From Monocercomonoides exilis PA203 (taxonomy: Eukaryota > Protista > Preaxostyla): 64,000 nucleotides of DNA. The notes beneath the pieces are model-generated. The model had not been told where the DNA came from. It saw only the letters and a list, made by a program, of their open reading frames with translations, and did not search any database. This document shows positions 26,701-37,440 of the stretch, piece after piece; positions within the stretch are counted from its first letter, which is position 1; the number at the start of each line of letters is the position of its first letter. The position numbers were made by a program, and so were the translations under genes. The stretch is taken from NCBI GenBank assembly GCA_001643675.2, contig LSRY02000030.1, forward strand, positions 620,001-684,000. The letters are read 5' to 3'.

Positions 26701-26960
26701 TGGTAGGGCAGAAGATTGTGAATGGGGAGAGGCCAGACATGAAGCTGGTGGAGGAGAGTGGAATGCCGTTTGTTGTGAGCAAGTGCTTTTCGCCAGATCC
26801 TTCACAACGACCAACACTGGGGAATCTGAAAAAAGAGTTTATCCAGCGCTTTCCAGCAGGGGCAGTGATGTTGACTGTGTCAGATGCAATCGACTTGGAG
26901 GAGCAATCAAAAGAGGAGGGAGAAAGCAATGGAGAAGACACAGAAACATTGTTGTCTTGA
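17790..26960 (+). CDS. 3056-aa single-pass receptor-like surface protein: beta-helix/pectin-lyase-like Cys-Gly-rich ectodomain, TM helix, degenerate TK/TKL-like kinase tail
   Basis: Intronless ORF with a hydrophobic N-terminus, repeated GGG/GGAI + FxxC motifs and CGxxxxPC modules. TM helix YWLLIVIVLVVILLIILISLVIFVV (~25641-25716) is followed by RWRKQKRR. Kinase C-lobe motifs: RWKAPE, SVAFSIGMMLWECLTLEIPF, RPD, CFSPDPSQRPT. Confidence 0.92.
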   Translation: MLTGIYCIVCILCVECLRNGATNDESNLVENSMIERNTDYFNNSLFDLLPNDKNGDKNKLEMIVERNEGGMEENEEKEKSTKKYTNMKNQRDCRIVKGNQFEKSNDELFHYEGEMMKIEKIFEESEIEGCFILINSSMKFKSLGMIQHEERNIVKAGDESLVELNECGLFLMSGMSPFCFTGGCGVFKNISLRSRSNGFLETFPSLFSSKAQEGEISQKFHVSVCSSHFSSFCVSSAPFFFSPSIPLVSLSQLTFSNISTANGACSPSTTMSTQTTCMMSSCLFSSVCDAYDGGIVPSLNNPLASLTAFNTSFVWCCRTRNVECIGTADRKLTPGRQNETFNGANSFTWCEWNGSTTTGESDSWTDGVSSGGAICMYNLGNGELFVSHCIFNGCVAYSRGGGIMCYSIRSFLIENSLFNECHAENHHGGGLYATSISFCTRISGCKFQNCSAFDYGGGLLLQSFQVSGKECIGGENGGGESSCLFDCSLSSCSVSHIYGGGFYCRHVPEQFKMRNIQFILCSAEREGGGMYFHSNQSSIQNGTFYCYFLFFYECKCNNNPSYGHDMMFYDSYNLFLYSENPLKECLSSNTDEQRVCYGYNYISSWNWAFQHTEKKDWLKDKTLYVSVNGDDSNEQCGANEKHPCLSVKKAFEMCEILLSLSITLMEGNHTSEAATIEIVSKKMRVMGVGSEISAIGTKTLSSVGALFSVSTGHLDLLHMKVDCNSSANPSSPSVVVVSDGSGSLSLEDVVITTSNIGDHAISSSVFVVVLSQLSMTDVEIINMNISQSLFSEPVLSFSSSSSALFLTATASGESTLANLTVRNVKLTEGDGVVVAKSVAEGETFVVQNVTIEDCECENGSGGGIKVDLLSPTSKLQAERTTTMNRCTSSEYGGGMMLYLADNSIDFSIVSVDFSGCSASLGGNFVFVNGSNSVNWGITTEKLNVQRDNSKYNELVGYDRSDTTMGLFPLNVYLDSYPDAIHVGKGKDGLGGYDSWFCGFDYYPCATITHAAQVRYPDTNKKIELDSGYELCEAVGMTDGHEWEISCATKGMEVGVKAPENFESSCLIEVQSKCSMRNIKFCIPSALSGASSSSLITSNSILLTLTDCSVVCSSENLIGYCFVNVVGGKVKVEGLVITETLIFGEHSVIEFGEGVESVVFCGCEVNNIEKRSGDGGWVSGVVGAEGDEGKNGMIVIESCVVKGCRCVGGRGGGMSVVVKGEGSVVVNGSCVIDGCEAKCSGESSEGRRKGRGGGMMIMMESRDGSMKMESGREGLFVFGEDNKAQYGKDMFVECGGGVLLEWKVNGSSFSFFDFGVIPTDVLKLCGSEDGREGEVIPLFVYLCSIGTKLRVDGKGERALDQSHCGFEEFGCLTIDYCVGKRASINVNEIEVASESLIKNEMKVASFEVSVSGKEEGMRVIVRDEGSINQNNLIECSKSFEMRYLSFVLNDEMNGKRSGFIHSSSSTITITSCSVSFGNDEMIGFNVICIEGGGVVVNGFAMEGGVRMNGKLPIVVSNGIELEMNNSRMSGVEVVGGIGGGGGGCLNVEMGVNGVVNIEECNLSSVCSGGSGMKGGGMKISVGKGGSLEMKGVKYSGCEVPREDIEEGGRGMGGGMFVKLADEMGSFVMEGMEFERCDAWKGKNVFVSGWDLRKIVNEEHLKWEIKEEELGSLDELCGWERKTAGEEGYVIPLVVYLWRNWSGDGFVSREKGGDFSGCGYSEAPCSSIDHLISLRYPTLGEGETHIAIVGSGLLSHSISFSSSISESPKVVIEGTKKGTGVTISDEDENDLSDDGSMISLNVSLSFVNVSFTKPAITTHHEVLIESSGTNTLLSVSDCSFGPGRGVAESFGYCVMRVNGGSVVIEGCSLSLISELKGLIAFSSSAHEVTVQNVNISFADVTERSLISMIEDENQMNGEKKVFSNGNRPVLRVVGCSFANITNEGIGASVVDVGSFEDGVECVMDECSMSSCKSGLSDEGGGMRVVLKSEESMLKVNGSSFSMCKCSSETGCGGGLFIDGSDPHANYGNESQIPPLNFKIVNILFVMNEAHVGKDIFVRCHSIARQINETLFALNYNQESLNSNNSICGRDVWSEGDVDLIPLITFYYSAQVFVSGRGSDGRGCGSQSNPCSSINCGVEHIQEGVMNGILIDGEGFVRKECVIGDLVVNSLKKTQGIVRLNCKIEKSGEKDCVMEFVNECSVERCSFQFEDGFESTHNYLMKVKNGMTKIQECEFFSSSTTVEFMKLNSSIVSVESGELKISETTFRDLYSTRSVLSFHEESEVTIDETRISNIECEGDVVSVGGKVKVEMKEMGVENATVMSKGCVIGMEEAEQGVSVLNSSFEKCVNSVDEGSMMQIRNSKNVRIEICVFDGEKKIEFINEENNRKEGLCKWNGSLVDIENSNAEMRETTIMKSKGGGLCVSGGSVKIENGKFENNNPSIEGYPSARRNVICEGDGELNVVSVKGGDGIEKNTSLWILNEGCELGGIATERGSPFFIPILEDVKNTTQPNGNLELMIAGKLLLPCDLSVKMSMKNGDEEEIVRKGIEEEGFASENEIHTFISCSEWEKVREETEVSVWIVFGKGDSPSATDSLIVKNRSESAGKGDERIVEGGKEGKSYWLLIVIVLVVILLIILISLVIFVVRWRKQKRRTKELEEIVNDTVRKDPKAFEMVTMEMTPEEQWRRAEREAEKKNEERIKIRIYETNMEHSESSEHLLSESGSTEYILGRDSDKIPQWMLEKVDEKEIEVEEARKRTPSPSISSTSTTDSDSTFVRSESLCPTTSSMSNLVDAMACSSPHEKLIVDLRDSLFMLLHGLNKTKEMPIGTLQEREQTAAQILFWVANLALHSFDEMENGLSSLSTLSPHIVLFSEHMVICVVMHSDFSSDDSSDSSSISSSTIVTSASDDDDSLPSSAFEDDEYNRKECLRWKAPELLINKKMGATKESVAFSIGMMLWECLTLEIPFGEHEGEVVGQKIVNGERPDMKLVEESGMPFVVSKCFSPDPSQRPTLGNLKKEFIQRFPAGAVMLTVSDAIDLEEQSKEEGESNGEDTETLLS

Positions 26961-27956
26961 GAGATAATTGAGAATAACAGTGAGCAAAAGAGCCAGAAAC
27001 GACTTTTAAGTTTCTCAAGAGAGTATTCTGTCAGCATTGCAACCAGAAGATCATGGGGTAATATAGAAGCCTTTCTGTTGCAATGCATGATTTTTCATGA
27101 AAAATTCAATGAAACATTTTTTGCAGATGAATTTTTTTTTCATTATAAATTGGATATCCATAAACACCCCCTTGCAAAAGCTCGCTTCAGGTTTTGGGCT
27201 CTTTCACTTCTGAAAGATAGAACCCGAGCTCTCAACCGATTTTCCCATCTTTTCATTTTCTCCTTTTTCCTTTTTTTTGCTAGAAATTTTATATTTATGA
27301 AAGTGTTTGTGATTTTGAAAAAGTGTTTTCAGTTTGTTGAGATTTGTTTTTAGTTCGATTTGTATATTTTCAGTTCATACTCGTTTTAAATTTGAAAGAC
27401 AGATTTTGAGTTTATTCAAATTATCATTTTTTTAATTTTCTTTCATAATCACCCATTTCGAATCATTTGTTGTATTCATTTCTTTTTTATTTAAATTTAG
27501 AAATGTGTTTTCTTATTTTATTGGTTTGGAGATGTGAAACGTGTTCTTATTTTGAAAGAGAATTAAATTTTTAATTGGTATTAGCTGTTATCTTCTCATT
27601 TGGTAAATTATTCTTCTTTTTAAGTTATTTTTTGTGCAACAAATACCATATATACCAAAAATTATTCTAAATCGAAAAACTTTCGATCAAAGTCGACATT
27701 TTCGTTAAAAAAGACATATGTTAGGTTAATCACATCTCTAAGAAATTTTCAGAAACTCGTTTTTTTTTTCGGATTTTTTGTGATAGAATGATTTAATATC
27801 AAATAATAAACATGCTAGGGGTGAATGTCCCATTTTTAATATACTTTTTTCCAATTAAAAAAATCGTGATTTCGAAAGTATTATGGTTTTGATCAAACTA
27901 ATTTCAAAATTTTTTGTTTTTAATTGAACAATTTTTGGAAATTTCAAAGTTAAGTT

Positions 27957-30540
27957 TAACCCTGGGTAACGTGGTGACTTCCGACGAGACATTTTCGATT
28001 TTTGACTGACGTTACAGATTTATCCATATCACAAAAAAAAGAAAAAAAAATCAAAAAAAAAAAAATAATTATCAAAATTACCATTGCACATTTTGAACTG
28101 ACGTGCAAGCGGTTATCGGATTTTTGACACGTCACTGACGTCACCTGTCTCTGACGTCACGCCAAGTCAGAAATGTGTAAATGCTTTAAAGATGTCAAGA
28201 AGAATCAAATAGTCAGTAATGTTACAGAATTGTTATTGCTTTTGTTTTTCTGCTTTATTTCCATAATTTTTTTTTTATTTTTCCCTCAATTCTCCATTAA
28301 TTTCTCAGTGAAATACATACATGAAAAGAAAGAACATGAAAATGCTATTTATTATTTTCTCAACGCAATTGCACAACATTGCGAATGACTTGTTGTCGAG
28401 GTTTTAATTTTGTTATTATTCATTTCAAATTTATATTTAGTGTATATTTTCGATCATGACTTAACCTGCAAAATTGTCTTTGAAAGAAAAATGAATATTA
28501 AGTTTATTCAACATCTTTGTTATAGAAAAACTGTTGGAGATTGATTCAGTTGTTGAAGAAAAGAAGAAATAAGATTATTTGATTGTTTCCATTTTTGTAA
28601 ATTTTGTTTCATTCATAAAAAAAGAAAAATAGAAAAAATTCACAAACAAAACTTTTTCATATTTCGAATAAAAATCTAGTTTCAATTTTGTGAAATGGAG
28701 AAAAAAAGAAAAAAGAACATCAAAGTGACAATATTCATTTCATCTTATTTTCTCAATCATACGTTTTATAGACAAAAGTGTTCATTGGCAATTAATCAAA
28801 ATATTTTTTATTTAAAAAAAGAAAAAGCAATTCGCAAAAAATAGCGATGATTTCTTCATATCCTTCTTCTTTTATCTTTTTGAACATCTCCCTTTTGGCA
28901 ATCTTTCTCTTTGCCTCTTTCATTTTGTAACCAGTTTTTTCTTTCATTCCTTATGACAAGAAAAAAAAATATAAGCACAAATATGCTGCTTTGTGATCAA
29001 TTGTTGATTGCTGAATTTCCTCAAAAAAAAAATTATTACAGCTCCCCATTTCAACAAGTCTTCAACTTTCACGCTTGTGTCATCTGCTGCTCTTCGAATT
29101 GATTCAATGCATTTTTGGCTCATTATACCAGAAGTATCCGTCGCTGCTAGAAATACCTGAGCAATACTGTTGATAAGCCCAGAAAATTCTTCATTCCACA
29201 AATGAAAGTTGAGAAAATATGGCTCCAACGAAAGGAGCCATCTCCAAATAATAAACACTTCTTCTTTTCCAGTTTTTTCTCTTATTTCTCTCTTCCAATC
29301 CACACATTTCGACAGCTCTCCAAGTTCTCTCCCCGCTTCTCTCACAAAATGCAGCTCATTTTCAACAAAATCTTCCAAGCTTCTTTTGAAACAGTATTTA
29401 TGAATCAGAAATTCCCAAATAGAATAATAGTTAAGATGAGAAAGAATGTTGCGTTCCTGATTACATTGGATTACTCCCGCTTCCCATTCAGATACAGTTT
29501 CTGCTCGACAAACTTCATTAAAACAAAAAAAAACCTTGACATTGGAAATAACATAAATATATTCACACATTCTGCCCAAAAGCAACTCAAAAACACCAAT
29601 TCCATTTCCACTTCTTTTTGCAGCTCTTCATTTTCCTCTATGTTCAAAACAGCTTTCAAAAGACAAGGAACGAAAATGGAAGGAACTTTTTTTGAAATTT
29701 AACCATTGGAAAGAAACAGATAACAATCACAAAGATAAACCAGAGCATTTCTTTCTTTTCTTCTTCTTTCTTCTATTTTTTCGAGAATAAACCTCTCTTA
29801 CATTTCACAAAGAAACGAACGATTCAAACCATCAATATTCACGCTCATCAAAATTTTCCAATACTCAACGTGCTCCACAAACACAGCTTCAGTGCCAGAC
29901 ACAATTTTTTATATTCGATCATTTTGTGTATTTTATCAAACATTTTTTTTGGGAAAACAAATTAAATTCTCTGTCTAACATTGTTTCTATTCCTCCATGC
30001 ATTTCTTCCATTTGCTGTCTGCGCATCTCCATTGCATCTTTCAAGCTCAGAAAACATTTCTGAATAAAATCAATAAGATATTATCACAATCATTAAAAAT
30101 TCAGCATTAACATAAAACGCAAACTCAAAAACGAATTTTCAATATACTTCTCCTTTATTTTTTTGCTTATATTGCAGTTGGAAAGTTTCACACTCCAACA
30201 ATTCAAACAAAATAAACACATGTTAATAAAGAAGAAAGAAATTGAAGTTATATGTAAATAAGTGTGAAAAAATTTGAATTCTTCCAAGATTAAACTGATT
30301 TATTCAATAAATAAGCCATTTTGAAGATAATTTTTGAATAAAAAATGAATAATTTTGAAATGGGATATCTTGATCATTCACAAAAAATTCAAAAAAGATA
30401 TTATTATATATGTTCATGTATTTATTTATAATATTTTTTTGTTGTTCTTTTCTTAGATAAATTGGTTTATTATTAATATTATAATGTGGAAAATTGGTGA
30501 TGGACGTTACGAACTTTTTTCTTCACGTCACCCAGGGTAA
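27957..30540. mobile_element. Non-autonomous hAT-like element carrying a helical-family pseudogene
   Basis: TIRs are TAACCCTGGGTAACGTG and CACGTCACCCAGGGTAA. The 8-bp flanks GTTAAGTT / GTTTTGTT match at 6/8. TGACGT motifs cluster in both subterminal regions. Confidence 0.7.
28830..30060 (-). pseudogene. Helical family pseudogene (VPCLLKAVLNIEENEELQKEVEM; NELHFVREAGRELGELSKCVDWKR)
   Basis: Homologous to 57181-58467 but frameshifted. Confidence 0.8.
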
Positions 30541-31307
30541 GTTTTGTTCAAATTGATTTGTTTATAAAAATCTTTCTGTTCAAAGCAAGTGTGTTGAAGA
30601 TATTTGAAATTCTTATTTGTTTGTATTTTATTTTATTTTATTTTATTTTATTTTTATTTTTTTGGTATGAAAATACGTGAAAATGAACTTGTAATATTTC
30701 GTTCTTCTTTTGGGTTTTCTCTCGAATCAAGATATTAGGTTTTGGGTTTTTGTTAAATTTTTGTTCATTTTTTATAAATAGGGTTAGGGTTTTTTTCAAA
30801 AAATCACTTTTTCACACATCAATGGCTTTTATTTAAATGATTGTGCAAAATGATCAGAAAAAATAATAAATATTTGAATGAATTGATAACTTTTTCTATT
30901 TCTTCACTATATAAAAGAACAATAAAGGAAAGAATATCATAAAAATTTATCTTGAATTTATTATATATATCGATTTTAATTTTAATTTAATAATAATAGT
31001 ACGTTCATAACCATAATATATTCGAAATTTTGATATTTCCCAGAAAAAAAATATTTTTTTAAAATGGAAAATTCACTTTTAGCATGTTTTTTATTTGATA
31101 TCAAATCATTTTATCACAAAAAATCCAAAAAATTTAATTAATCCAAAAAAAGAATTTCTGAATGTTACTTGAAGTTGTGACTCATCTTCGACTTTTTTTG
31201 ATGCTTTTTTTCGCTTTTTCGATTTGTGTGAGAGCTCAAAAACAAAAACAAAATAAATAAACAGCTTTATTTTTTTTTTTATAAATTTTCAGCATTTTGA
31301 AGAGAAT

Positions 31308-32508
31308 ATGGCACTTATTCTCCACCTTGCCAAATAATTGATAAACATGAGATCATATGTTTAAAGCACATTTGAAAAGATAATTCAATCGTTAATTAGT
31401 GGAAAAGTCAGATTTTATAGAAAAAAAATTGATCAACCCATGAAAAATTCAAAATATTTGTGCACAAAATTGAAAGATTAAGTATTGATGAGTATATATA
31501 TTTTCCAAAAAACATTAACGAATGTCAAATATTAAATCATTTGATGGAGGAAAAACAGAATTCACAAAGATTTTTTGCGATAATGGGAAAACCATGCAAT
31601 AGCTTCACGACAATGTGATTAACACTGTCAGATGATGCCCAATTGCAACTTGTCGTTCATTAATGATTTTGATTAGAGGAAGCGAAGGAAAATGGTTCTT
31701 CAGATTCAGCAAATTCCGAAAAGAAGTCTCTAATAGAACAGGAACTCCGTTTTCAAAATCTAGGCTTTCAATTTCAAATCTTATTCTGATCCTTTTCTTC
31801 TAAAACAATCATCTCAACTCAAAACAAACATCATCTCTAACCAAATGATAAAGACATAGTGTTTCTTATTATTATTGCATTTGCATGAGAACATGTGCTC
31901 AGATGATTGGTGGAATTCAAACTCCCATAGGAGGTCCTGGCCGCATTGTGGAAATTGACGAAGCTGTTTGGAGAAGGCGAAAATACAAGAGAGGTACTGA
32001 TTCAATATCTATTGAAACTTAATTATCAATTGAACTTTTTTGTTAGGTCGTACAAAGAAACAAATTTGGATTTTCGGAGCTCAGGATCGTGGAGGAAAAG
32101 CATTTGTTTACCCTGTGGCAAAGCGATCTGCTTTAGTATTAATTCCGTTAATAAAAAAATATATTCGTCCTGGAACAGAAATTCACTCTGATCAATAGAA
32201 AGTGTATTTTTCTTTTGGTGAGAATGGATTCACACACAAGACTGTCAATCATTCCGAGCATTTTGTAGGTTTTTTTTCCACTTTTTTTATTGTCTTTTTT
32301 CATGAAATGTTATTTTGTACTTATTCAGATCCAATTACCTGTGCTTGCACAAATAATATCGAATCGTTGTGAGCTGCGTTACGTAAGTTCATGCCTTCAC
32401 ATGGAGTGAGACCGAATAGAATGCAAGAATATGTATATTCATTTTTCTTTTTCAGAAATAGAAAAGTTTTTTTTTAATTTTTTTGTTGAATGTGATGAAA
32501 TACAGTGA
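31308..32508 (+). pseudogene. Merlin / IS1595(ISXO2)-like DDE transposase pseudogene with introns
   Basis: IGGPGRIVEIDEAVWRRRKYKRG|intron|RTKKQIWIFG...IRPGTEIHSDQ*KVY...HKTVNHSEHFV|intron|DPITCACTNNIESL*AALRK. Upstream there is a Cys cluster and RTGTPFSKSRL. The stops sit at conserved Trp positions. Confidence 0.85.
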
Positions 32509-33573
32509 TGAAGAATACAAAGCTCTTGAGGATGAAGCTTTTGTGTGAAAAGGAGATTAGGAAGAGGTTGGAGCAGAAATGCTTCGCGAAGAAGAATCTT
32601 CAGAATCAGATAATGAACTTGAAACAGAAACATCATTCGATTGGGCTGGGGATGGAGCTGATGCATCTAAATGGGAGGCTAATAAATAAATCCCGATTTT
32701 TCCACAAATCATTCTTTTGAAATTTTATAAACAACATGCTCTCTTTGATTATTTTTTTGTATTATAAAGATTTGCGAGGTGGTTTTTAGTTCAATTTGCC
32801 TTCTGTTGAAAGAAATTGGGGCAAGTTCCAAGAATATGGACCAGCAATTAAAAGTTCTTTTCATAAATAATACAAAAGAATATGTTATATAAATGAATAA
32901 TAAATTAGTTTTATTTGTCGATAATGCAATGAAAATAACTTTTAATTTTTTCATTCGATCTATCCCATAAATATTTATATAAATTTCCTATTTTTATTTC
33001 GTCTCATCAATGAAGGCTTGGAGCTTATTCCTCTCGTTACAAGGAATTCTACAGATTAATTTTATATTTAATTGCTTTTAGCTTTTTCTTGAATTTTCAA
33101 ATCACCATTTTTGACAGTTCTTATTCAAAACAAATAAAATCGTTATGTTTTTACTCAATTTAGAAAAAAATTTTTTTATCAAAAATAAGAACATGAATTT
33201 CATTGAATGAAAGCTTACTTTTATAAAACTGATGTTGTGCAATATTTGATCTATTGATAAAATTTTCAAACTGAATTTAATCAAGAACTTTTATGGAAGA
33301 AATCCAGAAAAATGAAACGATAATGTATCTGCTCCTTCATGCGATGTTAAAAAAGTTTTATTTGTTCTTGATAATGAATTTGACAACTTAGAGGTTACAG
33401 CTGACACAACAAATAAAGATAACTCTTTGAAGATCACTCCAATCAATGCTACAGTGGAGTTTGAGAAAATCTCAATTAATGATTTACCTGCTTTTAACTT
33501 TTTTTAAAGACAACGAAGAATACAAAGATGAAGGAGATTCAGATGAAGTCTAAGCAAAAGAAATCCAAACAAA

Positions 33574-36500
33574 TCACTTTTCACCAAACGCTTCTGCTGA
33601 TGGTTGTTTCCTTGATTCCTGCAAGGAGATTGTTGAGAAATAAACATTGCTCAAACACAAACAATGACTCTCAACACAAATTACAGTATTTGCCAGCTGC
33701 TCCGGCTCTTCTGACGTGATTGTGCAGTCACTGAGCGTAAGATTTCCGTTCCTCACTCCAAAGACAGAGCGATGTGGTGAAACGAAGCTGGGGCCGAACA
33801 CGATGCCCATCTCCAAAATGCTGCACTCCTCAGACGAAGACACCACACAATGGGCGCTTCCATCGGTCTGAGCGATTTCGGAGTTGAACTCAAAAACAGC
33901 TGGGCTGCCTCCGACTGCCTGAACTGTCGCTGATGAAATGGCTGTCTCTGCTGAAACAGCTGCCTTCTTCACCACCAGCACGTTCTGGTACAGCTCGTCG
34001 TTCAGATGCAGCACAGCCATGCTCAGCGTCTCTCACGGGTCTTCCCTTCGCCCACAGTCCTTCTCGTTCTTCCCGTTTTCTACTGACACAAATATCTTCT
34101 CTGACTTGTAGAACACAATAAATGGCACAAAATCAATTGGCTCGTCGTGAACCTTGTCCACCCCGTAGATGACATTTTCTCTGTCGAAGGCCAACTCGCT
34201 GAAGTCCATCACAAACAGCGCCTCGTTGATCTGCTCAGCAATCGATCGGCATACAATGAAAAGATCCTTCGCCACACTCGCTCTGTTCAAAGAAAACCGA
34301 ATCAGCAGAAATTTGATTGGCAGCGCCTTCGCTTTCTCCGAAGACTGTGCATCTGAATCTTCTGAATCGTCCAGGCAGTTTAATGCAATTGCGCCTCCTC
34401 TGCCTTTACTCGTTGAGCACGCACATGTAACAAAAGATGACAGATTCGCCAGCACACTGCCTTCATTTGCCCAGCTGCCGGCCAACCCACCCGCCTTCTC
34501 CTTCATCCACACACAAAACGCCCCTCCCAGCCGAGACTCGCTGTTGCAGTCGCTGAATGTCGAGTTGTCCATCATCAGCTGTACAGACAGCGCGCTCTCA
34601 TAAGAAATGATCGACGCCTTCGCATTTGTGCTGCAAATGAGATGCCACTGAAGATTCTCCAGTCTGATTTCGCTTGCTATCATTTCTTTGTCATTCCCTG
34701 ATAAACTAGATTCCTCATTACCCTTCTCTTCTGCATCGCCCACAGAAATAAACGATCCATCTGCAAAATTCAGAACATCAACAGAAAACGCACTCGCCAC
34801 AAAATGTGCAACCGGCGCAGCAAGTTAAATGGCTGATGTCGCAAAGGAGAGCTCGGCCATTTTGGACTCTTCAATCGAAAGTGTCCCAGACGAAACATGG
34901 AATAGCACAAAGGCAATGCCTTCTTCTGCTGTCTGCATCGCAAAGGAGCATTTGTTAAGTGTGGCTGTTCCTGTCTCAGTGAAAAGAAGTTCCTTTTGCG
35001 ATGTTTCGAAAGACGAAGGCAGGCAGAAGTTGATGGAGGTGAATGTGAGCACAAGCTTGTTTGTAAGCACAGCCTCAGAAGGCTCAGAAAGAGATTGAAT
35101 AGCTTTTCCCACATTGATTGTGCATTCATCTGAGGAAGGCTCATCAGAGGAAGAGGAAGAAGAAGAATAACCAGGAGAAGAAGGAACAGCTGGACTTATT
35201 GAGCTGTTTGAAAGGTCCCACTCGTCTGAAATGGAAGCACTTGTGTTGATTTTAATTTCTCTGAACTGAATTCCTTTTCAAAAATGCCTCATCCCTTCCC
35301 AAAACGACTGACTAGGCTCCTTTTCTGATCCGCACCTGTGGATGTCTCTTCCACTCAACGACACAACAACAGAATTGTTTGTGTGATCAAACAGCAGCTT
35401 GTCCAAAGTTATGCCTTCTGAAAAGTTCACTCCATCTGTTCAAAAGAAAGCTGTTGTGTTCTTCCATTCGGTCCAATCAAACATCAACCTTTCAATGACA
35501 TCTGCAGAATTCAAATCAGAGCTCAATATAAACATGTTTCTTCCAACATATGCTTCATTCTCAGAAAACACCAAATCAGACAAAGAAAATCCATCGATCG
35601 AGTTGCAGCAGCTCAGATACAAAAACCCTCCTTTTCCGACAAAAGTCGAGCAAATGCAATGGCTAACAGAACTTAACTGCTCGGAATTTTCTCCCTTCAG
35701 ACAGAAGCTTCCTTCTCTTCCAAGTTCAATTCTCATTCCTCTGCCTTCCACACTCAACGCAGATGTCAAATCATCCAAAGAGCAGTTCACAATTGACAGA
35801 TGCGTCTCAAGCTGAACAGATCCAAACGAAGGCTGCTCGTCATACTCACTCACATGAAGAGATTTGAATTCACAGTTCTTGAAGCTTATTTCAGTTGGCT
35901 GAGATTCTTGATTGGCTGAAGAGGAATAATCATCTTTCTCTTCTGTTGTTGAAGGAATCAGATCGAAAAGTGAACAAGATGAAAATGACAAATGCGTAAA
36001 GCTAACTCCCTCGAATGAAGCTTGGGCTGCTTGTGAAATCACAAAAGGCGTAACAGAAAACTCTGCTTTATCTGCATGGCATTGAGAAAGCTGCACAGCT
36101 CCACCCAAAACGCTGATCAAATGCACGCAACTTGAAACATCTTTCGATTCTGAAGAAGTGAGAATGAAAGAGCACAATGAAAATTGGATGTTTCCTGCTT
36201 CTGTCGAAGAGGAAAACAACGAAGCACCTTCGGGTGTCTCAACAGCAAAAACAGAAGGAATATGAAAATCGATCGAAGAAAACGAAAGAGCAGCTGTTGA
36301 TGAAACAACACTCCCAGATGCAAAAGGAACATTGGTGCTGATGTTAATCCCGCTGTGTTCTTTGCCAAATGACACAACATTGACTGAGTTGAGTGAAATG
36401 TCATTTTCGATCGAGCCATTCGATTTTACAGTGATCACACGAAGTGGCTCATCTGCACTGCTCTCTGCAAGTCGATTGACAGAATAGTCAAGCGATTGGC

Positions 36501-37440
36501 AAGGAACATATATGTTCCCACAAAACACCTCGTTCTGCCCTGCTGGCGCCTCAACCAGAACAGATGCATTCACAAAACCTTCCACAAAAATCATCAGATC
36601 AACTGCCTCGTTAAAATAACTCCTGTCAAATCCAACCAGCGCATTCGTTTTGTCCTCAAATTGCGTTGCAAATGCAAACAACTCAGAATTCACTCCCTTC
36701 CTCAGATCATTCGCCACAATGAACATGTCTCTTCCCTGGTGTGCCTTGTTTCCTCCAACACTTATCTCTGAAAATGAATATCTGTCATTGTTGTCTGTTT
36801 CACATTCCAAATAGATTCCTCCCCCACATCCTACAGAAATGCTGAAGGGACTACAGTCAAAACCGGATATAATCACGTCGAATATTATCACATTCGTTTA
36901 TTGTCACATTTTCCGATGCACCGATATTTTTTGATAGATTTTCATTCATTTTCCATCGAATATAATCACAGGGATGAAAATATATAATCACATTTTAAAT
37001 AATAATGGGTGCTTTTTTCAATGAAAAATCGATTTTTTGATCAAAAATTTCAATTTTTGATTTTTCAAAAATGTGCTTAAATAAGTCTGAATAATATAAT
37101 AAAACAATAAAAATTGTTATTTCTATTGAAAAATGTGTATTTGTGTAGAATTTCCAAAAATTAAAAAATCTACCCAAAATTAATTATTTCAAAAATTAAT
37201 TTTTAATTTTTTCTGTGTGAAGCAGCATCGTTTATTATCACAATCGGATATAGTCACAAAAAGTCGTGCAAAAACTGGTGTGATTATATCCGGTTTTGAC
37301 TGTACTTGTAATTCCCACATTCCTCATTTTCAGCTGCACATCTGCCCCTTTCAGCCCAAAAGACATCGCTCCTCCCTTTTTGCATCCTTCTGAGCCGAGT
37401 GTTTGAACTTCAAATCCAAAAACTTCGATTTCAAAGGTGC
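33574..37440 (-). pseudogene. Internal ~3.4-kb piece of a surface-protein gene (cargo), frameshifted and MITE-interrupted
   Basis: GCGGGIYLEC..NKAHQGRDMFIV, CGNIYVPCQSLDY, NRASVAKDLFIVCRSIAEQINEALF, DCGRREDP motifs across ORFs 35440..36891, 34033..34800 and 33574..34020. Confidence 0.85.
36854..37302. mobile_element. 449-bp Tc1/mariner-type MITE
   Basis: Perfect 23-bp TIR CAGTCAAAACCGGATATAATCAC with TA TSD. Internal ATATAATCAC repeats. Excision restores the frame ...NVGITS|SPFSISVGCGGG. Confidence 0.92.

Noticed and set aside
18287-27088. Many overlapping and antisense ORFs within the 3056-aa gene
   Set aside because: Shadows of the G/A/T-biased coding strand; low-complexity S/P/T/F translations.
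30779-30790. TTAGGG-like telomeric repeat (also CCCTAACCCT at ~42402)
   Set aside because: Only about two units; insufficient for an interstitial telomere call.
31590-32372. Stops at Trp/Gln positions suggesting a non-standard genetic code
   Set aside because: Both TAG and TGA replace Trp, consistent with G>A decay. The 3056-, 908- and 687-aa ORFs have no internal stops under the standard code.
30574-32810. Full boundaries for the Merlin element (TTCTGTTCAA / TTCTGTTGAA flanks)
   Set aside because: The left end does not convincingly match the right TIR; too weak to call.
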